Shown here in pieces: positions 57,262 to 64,000 of a stretch of DNA of 64,000 bases (the first letter of the stretch is position 1; each line of letters opens with the position of its first letter). This stretch comes from Armatimonadota bacterium. GTDB taxonomy: Bacteria > Armatimonadota > SYMT01. The notes below the pieces were generated by a model, which did not search any database, was not told where the DNA came from, and saw only the letters and a program-made list of their open reading frames with translations. The position numbers were made by a program, and so were the translations under genes. The stretch covers positions 64,001 to 128,000 of the forward strand of contig JAWLHY010000009.1 of NCBI GenBank assembly GCA_041690135.1. Reading direction: 5' to 3'.

Positions 57262-57461
57262 ACCCGAACGCCCAACGTTTACCCCCACAGGGCACGGCGG
57301 TTCAGTTTTCCGCGCGACGCGCTGCTCTGCCGCCCCTCCGGGGCTACGGACCGACCCCCACCGAAAACTGAATCACCCTGCCCCATAGGGGGTCCGAACA
57401 CCCGAACATTTACCCCCCCCCACAGGGGGGCCCGAACACCCGAACCCCCAACGCCCAACGC
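57262..57461. repeat. Cluster of 7-8 bp repeats and REP-like hairpins
   Basis: CCGAACAC/CCCAACG units, GCCCC-TCC-GGGGC, CCCCCCC-ACA-GGGGGGG. Confidence 0.6.
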
Positions 57462-57932
57462 CTAATTCGTCACTTCCCGCATCGAAGGAATATCGATGTT
57501 GTGCGTGCGGGCGATGTCGGCGTAGCGGCGGAGGGACTGCAGCGAGAGGCGGCGGCGCTCCATCGCCTGGTTGATCTTGAGGATCAGCAGTTCGAAGACG
57601 TCGACTCCGGGGATGTTTTTTTCCACGTAATCAAACGCCCCCCGGCGCATGCACTCCACGGCGTTGGCCACATTGCCGTAGGCGGTGAGCACGATCACCT
57701 CGCTGAAGATGTCGCGGCTCATCGCGGCCTCCAGGGTTTTCACGCCGCTCTGGGGATCTTCCATCACCATATCCGTCAGGATCAGGTCGAACGGTGGGTT
57801 TGCCTGGTGGATGGCCTCAATGCCGTCCGCCTGGCTGCCGGCCTGCTCGACGTGATAGCCCTCACGCTCCAGCCGGCGGGTAATGGCATCCCGGACTTCT
57901 TCTTCATCATCGATCACGAGTACTCGATACAT
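57462..57932 (-). CDS. Response regulator receiver protein (NtrC-type REC)
   Basis: VLVIDDE, LTDMVM, VLTAYG..NAVECMRRGAFDYVEK. Confidence 0.9.
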   Translation of the reverse strand: MYRVLVIDDEEEVRDAITRRLEREGYHVEQAGSQADGIEAIHQANPPFDLILTDMVMEDPQSGVKTLEAAMSRDIFSEVIVLTAYGNVANAVECMRRGAFDYVEKNIPGVDVFELLILKINQAMERRRLSLQSLRRYADIARTHNIDIPSMREVTN

Positions 57933-59769
57933 TCAGGTCTCCAATGGAGGCATCTTCGCCGCGGAGCGCGGGCAGCACAATGATAAAGTGTGCACCCTCT
58001 CCGGGTCGACCCACTTCTGCAATCGCGCCCTGGTGGGCGTCCACAATTCCCTTCACAATGGAAAGACCCAGCCCCATTCCCTTGGAGCGCGTGGTGAAGA
58101 AGGGCGCGAAGAGGCGATCCTTGTTCTCGGTCGGGATACCGGGGCCGGAGTCGATCACCTCCAGCCGTACGGCACTTCCCTCGCGCTCCCAGGCGGGATC
58201 GAATGGCATCTGGGGGTAGCTTTCCCGCTCGGCGGGACCCCAAGGGCCGGTGATCACTCGGATCCGCCCCTGGCCCTGAATATGGTTGGCCGCGTTCTCC
58301 AGCAGTTCCGAAATGGCGCGCCGCAGCTTCGTGTCGTCTCCGGAGATCCGTGGCAGCTCGGGTGCGGTCTCTACCTGGATGGAAACCGGACCGCCGCAAG
58401 GAAAGCTCTCGCGCACGGCGGAGCTCACCAACTCGTTCAGGTCCGCCGGACGGCGCTCCAGGTGGGTGGCCATCAGGAAGTCCCGGAACTCGGTGAGGAT
58501 CTCTTCCAGCCGGAAGACCCCTAGCTTGGCACGCTGGACGATCTCCAGCACCTGCTCACCGGAAACATCGGTCCGTCGGGCGAGGTGCTCCAGCTCGTTG
58601 AGCTGGCCCTTGAGCGCAAAGACCTTGTTTCCGATCATGTGCGCCGACCGGGCGGACATTTCGCCCCAGGCCGCCATGCGCTCCATCTGGACCTGGCGTT
58701 CGATGAGAGTTTGCTGGGTGATGGCCGCCCCCACCTGGCGGGCCAGGGTGGTGAGCAGCAGCTCGTCGCGCGCGGTGAACTCATTGCGGACCGCCGTGTT
58801 CGCCGGCCGCCGTCGCACCACCCGCAGGACCCCCCATGGGCCGGAGCGGGTGTAGACCGGTACGGCCATGAACGCTTCGATCGCTTCCGAGGGGAGCTCC
58901 GGGTAGAGGCCCTGCCAGCGAGGGTCTTCGCGCACGTTGGCCACCCGCGCCGGCTGCATGTGTTCGGCCACCCAACCGGTAAGCCCCTCGCCGAGTCGAT
59001 AGGTCATCTGCCCGATGTTGTGCTGGAGCATGCGCCCAGAGGCACGCAGCACCAGCCGATCGCCCGCCGGGCTCAGCTCGAAGATGGAGCAATCGTCGGC
59101 CCGCAGCAGTCCCGCCGCGCGCGAGACGACGCACCGCAGCAACTCATCCATATCGTTGCTGGACGCCAGCTCGTTGCCGATCTCGATGAGCGCCGCCTCC
59201 CGTGCGCGGTAGTTGGCTACACTGATGGCGATGGAGCTCTGGTTCGCCAGCGCCACGAGGAGCTGGAGATCCCGCTCGTTAAAGGCGTCAATCTCTTCGC
59301 TCTCGATGTCGAGAACCCCGATGTTGCGCCCCTCGCGGTTGACCAGCGGCACGGCAATCTCGCTGCGGACGTCGGGGAAGAGCATCACGTAGTGCGGGTC
59401 GCGCCGCACGTCGCCGGTGATGTACGGCACCCCGGTCGCCGCGACCATGCTGGTGATGCCGCGCCCCGGTTCGTGGGAGATCGGAATGGACCGGATGGGA
59501 AGCTGGTCCCACCCCTGCCCCGCGGTGATCCGGAACTCGAGTTCCCCCGTCGACCGATTAACCAGTCCCACCAGGCCCCGGGTGCCCTTCACAGAGGCCA
59601 GGCCCTCTTCCAGAATCGCGCGCAGGAGGTCGTCGATGTTCAGAATCGAAGTGAGAAACCGCCCCAGCCGGTAGAACGACTCCAGTTGGGTTCCCTCCAC
59701 TCCGGCCGGCTCCCGTGCTTGCTCCTCGCTCCCACTCATCCCTACTGCTCCTGTGCCACCCAAGGTCAT
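57907..59769 (-). CDS. GAF-GAF sensor histidine kinase with atypical H-box
   Basis: Two GAF domains (RSEIAVPL..IGVLDIES; GEGLTGWVA), SAHMIGNKV H-box, ELLENA, DSGPGI, PFFTT, GMGLGL. The start may be 59739. Confidence 0.9.
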   Translation of the reverse strand: MTLGGTGAVGMSGSEEQAREPAGVEGTQLESFYRLGRFLTSILNIDDLLRAILEEGLASVKGTRGLVGLVNRSTGELEFRITAGQGWDQLPIRSIPISHEPGRGITSMVAATGVPYITGDVRRDPHYVMLFPDVRSEIAVPLVNREGRNIGVLDIESEEIDAFNERDLQLLVALANQSSIAISVANYRAREAALIEIGNELASSNDMDELLRCVVSRAAGLLRADDCSIFELSPAGDRLVLRASGRMLQHNIGQMTYRLGEGLTGWVAEHMQPARVANVREDPRWQGLYPELPSEAIEAFMAVPVYTRSGPWGVLRVVRRRPANTAVRNEFTARDELLLTTLARQVGAAITQQTLIERQVQMERMAAWGEMSARSAHMIGNKVFALKGQLNELEHLARRTDVSGEQVLEIVQRAKLGVFRLEEILTEFRDFLMATHLERRPADLNELVSSAVRESFPCGGPVSIQVETAPELPRISGDDTKLRRAISELLENAANHIQGQGRIRVITGPWGPAERESYPQMPFDPAWEREGSAVRLEVIDSGPGIPTENKDRLFAPFFTTRSKGMGLGLSIVKGIVDAHQGAIAEVGRPGEGAHFIIVLPALRGEDASIGDLNVSSTRDR

Positions 59770-59940
59770 GCCTTCCTATTGTATCAACGGGTGGGTGGGA
59801 GTACTGGGTGCCGAGCGAAGTTGATGGGTAGCCGAAGGAACGTAGGAGACTACCATACAAAATGGTAAGCAACCAGGGGTTTGGTCAGGCGAGGCGAGGG
59901 TGTGCTCTCGTCAGTAGCTTTGTGAAAGCGTAGAATTAGA

Positions 59941-60356
59941 ATGCCACGAGTTTACCGAACAATGAAGCAGGATGGAGATGGTCCGGCGCTGGGTGATCAG
60001 TTTGGTACTCTGGGAGTGCGAGTTCCCAGGGACATCGAACCCGATCCGGACGGGAACGTGCGAGCAGGTGCAGGCGGGATGTCAGTGTTTGCGAAGCTAC
60101 GCGCTTTGCCGGCTCGCATGGTACCCCGAAGTTTGCGCGCACTGTATCCGGGTGCAGTTGGCTCGGAGGCCTCTCCTGTCTGGGTTTTCGGTGAGGGGAA
60201 CTTTGCGGCGGGTCCGTTTGCCCCAGGTCTCGACTTACGGCCGGATCGGCTGCTGATCACGGCTTCATTGAACCATCAACAGTCATGGAGTTGACCGAGT
60301 ATCAGTCGGCGTTGGCCGATACACGCCAACAGTGGGACAAGGTTGAACCATGTTAA
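59941..60356 (+). pseudogene. Tse2-like ADP-ribosyltransferase-fold toxin, frameshifted near 60246
   Basis: MPRVYRTM..LGVR..GGMSV.. in frame to PD. The -1 frame continues SAADHGFIEPSTVMELTEYQSALADTRQQWDKVEPC* and ends at 60356, overlapping the next ATG. Confidence 0.65.
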
Positions 60357-61624
60357 CGACAGAGAAACGATACAGCCAGAGCCCCTATTTTCGGCTTTAC
60401 GAAGCGCAATTGCGTCAACTCCATGATCTGGTTGCCGCCGGCCTAGGAGACTCGCCCGAAGCCGAAGCACTCCGCGAAGAGATGGAAGCGCCGGAGAGGA
60501 TGCTTGGGGCGGCGGAACTGGAACATCTCAATGGGTTATCCGCCGACCTGTATTCACTCACGGATGATGAAATCTACGAGCCAGAGCCAGTATGCAGGAC
60601 GGCGGATGAACTGCGTGCCGCCATTCAGGTGGCATGGGCAAACCGGGATTGGCCGCGCTTGCTAAAGTTGCTGCGCGAGGGTCAGTCGGGACTGTCGCCC
60701 GACCAGGTGGCATTCCTGCGTGCACAGGCATACGACGCCCTCGGCCATCCGGAGACCGCGCTCCTGTTTCAGCAAAAGGCAGCACAACTCAACCCTGATT
60801 ACCACGTCTACCACTACTTGGTGATCGACTACCTCTTGCGTCTTGGGCGGTTGGGTGAGGCGATCCAGATGGCTCGCCCGCTCCTGATCGATGGGACTGC
60901 CCCGTTCTTCCTACGGATCCAAGCGTCTGCAATCTTGCAGCGCGCGAGTATCCAAATGAACCCCGCCGAGGCCCGGCTGATCCAAAGCGAGGTGTTAAAG
61001 GCGCTTCCAACACTGGTTGCCTCCGAAGATTTTGGGGTCCAGCCGGCGAATGTGCAGGTGTTAGGGCTCATCACGCTTGCCTTTTGCCAGGCGGAAATGG
61101 GGCAGGTGTCGGCGGCGATTGCTACCCTGGGTCGGGCGGTAAGCGTCAGCCCGGACACACCCACTGGGTGGGCACTCAGAGGGCAACTTCGACTTCAGAA
61201 TGAGCCTAGGGGAGCCATGTCGGACTTTGAACACGCCATACAGCGTGGGACCCAACTGCCGATTGCCTACCTCGTCCTCGCCCACGAAGAGTTGATAAAT
61301 GAGCGATTCGAACAATGCCTGGAACTCTGCCAGCGCGGCTCTAGCTTATCTGATGGCGCTCAGGAGTCGGCTTTGTTTCACTACTACGCAGCATTGGCCC
61401 GCTGGGGTAGTGGCGCCGATCCAAACCGGGTTAGGCAGAGTTTCGAGAGCGCCCTGAGACTTGACCCGTTGAATAGCGGCATCCGCGAACATTATGAGTT
61501 GTTTGCCTCCGCGCAGGCCCAGTGGGCGAGGGCGGTCGCGGATGATGTCTTACGAGACGTCGCCCGCCCAGCAACTGGAATTCGCCGGATCGACAACTTG
61601 CCACTCATTCCAGTAGCGGCGTAA
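60350..61624 (+). CDS. TPR repeat protein with N-terminal helical domain (putative toxin partner)
   Basis: N-terminal YEAQLRQLHDL..GDSPEAEALREEM..LSADLYSL; TPR-like units (AAQLNPD, AVSVSPD..WALRG, ALRLDP); lower GC than flanks. Confidence 0.8.
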   Translation: MLTTEKRYSQSPYFRLYEAQLRQLHDLVAAGLGDSPEAEALREEMEAPERMLGAAELEHLNGLSADLYSLTDDEIYEPEPVCRTADELRAAIQVAWANRDWPRLLKLLREGQSGLSPDQVAFLRAQAYDALGHPETALLFQQKAAQLNPDYHVYHYLVIDYLLRLGRLGEAIQMARPLLIDGTAPFFLRIQASAILQRASIQMNPAEARLIQSEVLKALPTLVASEDFGVQPANVQVLGLITLAFCQAEMGQVSAAIATLGRAVSVSPDTPTGWALRGQLRLQNEPRGAMSDFEHAIQRGTQLPIAYLVLAHEELINERFEQCLELCQRGSSLSDGAQESALFHYYAALARWGSGADPNRVRQSFESALRLDPLNSGIREHYELFASAQAQWARAVADDVLRDVARPATGIRRIDNLPLIPVAA

Positions 61625-61639
61625 ACAGAGAGGAACACC

Positions 61640-62452
61640 GTGTCACGGACCTGGAAGCCCGTAGAGGGGAGCACCGACGAGATCCTGGCCACCGAGGAAC
61701 GGCCTTTCGCGGCCCTGGCGGAAGGCAGCGTGCCGGCGGTGATCGTGCGCGGTGCGTTCCCACGGGGAGCCTGTGTCGAAGTGGTACGCCGGCTCTACGA
61801 AGAAGCGGGAGTCGAGGAGCGGCACGGGCAGGCCTACGATGCGGTGGGGACGAGCCTGGTGAACCGCGGCGCCGACCCCGACGCCTTCTTCGCCCACGCG
61901 CGGGAGACGCACGCGCTGTTCGGGCGCCTCTTCCAGGGGACCGAGGATCCGGTAGCCTGTCTCTATTCGCAACTGGCCGCCCTGGCCCCGGACCGCAGCG
62001 TGAAAGTGGCCCGCGAGCCGGACGGCCGCCTGTATGGCTCCGCCATTTTTCGTCTCTACCCGGCGGGGAAGGGGCACGGACCGCACTTCGACTCGCTGCG
62101 TCTCCGCGAGGGCTGGGCTCACTACGCCGCCGGGCAGTTCCGGCACCAGTTCGCGGGCGTGCTTTGCCTGCAAGAAGCGGAAGATAGCTCCGGCACGGGT
62201 GAAAGCCACATCCACCGGCAGTTCTGGTCGCCCGAGCTCCAGCCGGTCCTCGACCGGGGCGAGTTCCCCGCCTGGGCGGCGGACCGGGGCGTGGAGAGCG
62301 CAACGGTCCACCTGCGCGCCGGCGATTTCTACGTCTTCAATCCTCTCCACATCCACGAGGTGCCGACCATCTGCGGGGAGCGCCCGCGGGTGGTGCTGGC
62401 GACCTTCCTGGGCTACTCCCCGGACGACCCGGAAGTCTTCGTCTGGTCCTGA
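61640..62452 (+). CDS. 2OG-Fe(II) oxygenase superfamily protein
   Basis: HGPHFDS (HxD), AGDFYVFN..IHEV (distal His), RPRV (Arg). Confidence 0.75.
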   Translation: MSRTWKPVEGSTDEILATEERPFAALAEGSVPAVIVRGAFPRGACVEVVRRLYEEAGVEERHGQAYDAVGTSLVNRGADPDAFFAHARETHALFGRLFQGTEDPVACLYSQLAALAPDRSVKVAREPDGRLYGSAIFRLYPAGKGHGPHFDSLRLREGWAHYAAGQFRHQFAGVLCLQEAEDSSGTGESHIHRQFWSPELQPVLDRGEFPAWAADRGVESATVHLRAGDFYVFNPLHIHEVPTICGERPRVVLATFLGYSPDDPEVFVWS

Positions 62453-63540
62453 TCCGCCGGACGGTGATCCAGGTGCCGGTCCAGGAAAGTGTACGCCTGG
62501 GCACGGGCCTCGTTGGGGAAGTCGTGGTCACTCTCCGGGTAGATCGCCTTCAGATTATCCGGCTTACCGTGGAGCGTGAAGATCGGCTGGGCGGCGGCGA
62601 TGCAGTCGCGCACCCCGGATACCTCGAAGTTGGCGTCGCGGACCGGGCTGCTGGTAAAGAAGGCCCGGGGCGCCAGTGCGGCCACGATCTCGGGGAAATC
62701 GAACGGCATCCGGTCCGGGTCCTTCCCATACACGGTGTCGATGCGCGGCATGTAGCGTTGGCTCGTCCAGCCCTTCAGGTTGCCCTCGTAGTACTTATGG
62801 AAGCGGGTAAACCCGCAACTCGACACCACGGCCTGGATGCGGGGCTCGAAGACCGCCGTGAACATCGCGTTGTGCCCGCCGAGCGAGTGGCCGATCGTGC
62901 CGATCCGTTTACCGTCCACTTCGGGGAGCGACTGCAGCAGGTCGACCGATCGGATGTTGTCCCAGATCGCCCGCATGGTGCCGCTCTGCCAGCCGTCCGC
63001 CGGGTCGAAGTCGCACGGGTACTCCCCGAAGGTGGGGTAATCCGGCGCCAGCGTTACGTAACCTCGCTGCGCCAGTTCCAGTGCGTATTGCCGGTTGGGC
63101 CTTCCGCCCAGCGCCGCGACGATCCCCTTGCCGAGCTCTCCCGTGGGGTGCAGGCAGAGCATGGCCGGCGCTTTCTTTCCGGACTTCAGAGGCGGGATGA
63201 AGAGGTATGCGGCCACGCGCTGCCGGGGAGAGGTGCGGTAGGAGATCTTGCGCCGGACCAGTTCGCCAACTCGCGCTTCCTCCTCCACCTTTACCTCCAG
63301 CGGAACGCGGAACTCCTTACCGGGAAGGGGCCCCATCACCTGTTGCATCCCCGCCAGTACGTGCTTCCGTCGCTTCTGCCAGTCGGCCGGGGTTCGCACG
63401 GGCTTCCGGTTCCCGCTGCGGTGCAGATAATAGGCAAGGTCCTGATGGTCCTTGTAGGCGGGCGCCATGGTTTTCGTTTCCGAGCTGGCCCCGAGTGGAG
63501 CTAGCGCGGACAGTGCGACGAGCAAACAGACGAAACGCAT
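62413..63540 (-). CDS. Secreted alpha/beta hydrolase (dienelactone hydrolase/esterase-like)
   Basis: Signal peptide, CLHPT, LAPDYP, IGHSLGGHN, DHDFP. Confidence 0.88.
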   Translation of the reverse strand: MRFVCLLVALSALAPLGASSETKTMAPAYKDHQDLAYYLHRSGNRKPVRTPADWQKRRKHVLAGMQQVMGPLPGKEFRVPLEVKVEEEARVGELVRRKISYRTSPRQRVAAYLFIPPLKSGKKAPAMLCLHPTGELGKGIVAALGGRPNRQYALELAQRGYVTLAPDYPTFGEYPCDFDPADGWQSGTMRAIWDNIRSVDLLQSLPEVDGKRIGTIGHSLGGHNAMFTAVFEPRIQAVVSSCGFTRFHKYYEGNLKGWTSQRYMPRIDTVYGKDPDRMPFDFPEIVAALAPRAFFTSSPVRDANFEVSGVRDCIAAAQPIFTLHGKPDNLKAIYPESDHDFPNEARAQAYTFLDRHLDHRPADQDQTKTSGSSGE

Positions 63541-63632
63541 GGGTCACCTTCCGTTCTCGGTCTTTTCCGGCAGGGATGCGAAGGCACATCCCGGATAAGT
63601 TCGGGTCTCCCGGCGAGAATTCCCCCTGGAGT

Positions 63633-63914
63633 TCAACCTCCCGAGAGCGCCTGGAAAATGTAGACCTCCGACTCCGGCCGGAGCGGATCCGCGAGCCGTT
63701 CCCGGTCTCGCACGAGGTCGTTGCCCACGAAGATATTCACATGCTTGCGCAGCGCCCCGTGGTCGTCCAGAAGATAGCCAGCCAGCCCCGGGTATCGGCG
63801 GTCGAGGGCGGCGACGACCTCCGCCACCGACTCTCCGTCGATCTCCAGTTCATCCGCCTCGGCCAGGGCGGGGAAGTAGCGGTGCAGGTGTCGAGTGAAC
63901 TGAACGCGCGGCAT
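63633..63914 (-). CDS. MoaD/ThiS family ubiquitin-like sulfur-carrier protein
   Basis: SVAEVVAALDRRYPGL..LRKHVNIFVG..ALSGG C-terminal diglycine; GGAGGA RBS. Confidence 0.92.
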   Translation of the reverse strand: MPRVQFTRHLHRYFPALAEADELEIDGESVAEVVAALDRRYPGLAGYLLDDHGALRKHVNIFVGNDLVRDRERLADPLRPESEVYIFQALSGG

Positions 63915-64000
63915 CGCGGGAGAATCCTCCGGCGGGTCGTTCGGGAACTCTGCCTGCTGCTCCTCCGGCCAGTCCGATTTCGTGAGAGATTTGGCGGGGC

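Noticed and set aside
55186-63914. ThiO-like + JAB + ThiS/MoaD as a thiamine or sulfur-relay cluster
   Set aside because: The genes are not contiguous, thiG/thiF are absent, and the MoaD type matches the BNR-associated family. Kept only as a weak note.

Overview
GC-rich bacterial chromosomal segment, roughly two-thirds G+C by eye. The gene content (a prepilin-type N-methyl-Phe/H-X9-DG protein, an orphan secretin-N-like protein, many HEAT proteins, leaderless-type promoters) is most consistent with Armatimonadota or a similar lineage; this is inference. About 50 CDS are supported. They include housekeeping genes (trpBA, proA, glf, comF), several PAS/GAF two-component genes, hydrolases and oxidoreductases. 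I found no rRNA, tRNA, CRISPR array, transposase or integrase. Two candidate undescribed systems stand out. (1) At 12420-19412, comF and a lid-less Hsp70 are followed by five tandem HEAT-repeat paralogues. All five share a C-terminal module ending in three LP[L/R/V]x motifs spaced 14 residues apart (one spacing is 13). (2) At 59941-61624, a lower-GC coupled pair encodes a Tse2-like ADP-ribosyltransferase-fold toxin and a TPR protein. A single-base frameshift in the toxin moves its putative catalytic His out of frame. Also noted: a BNR-repeat/MoaD pair split by about 51 kb as if by inversion, a JAB/MPN-like orphan, an RlaP-like nucleotidyltransferase, and many short-period repeat and MITE-like elements in intergenic DNA. 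Family assignments are from motif recognition only; no searches were run.
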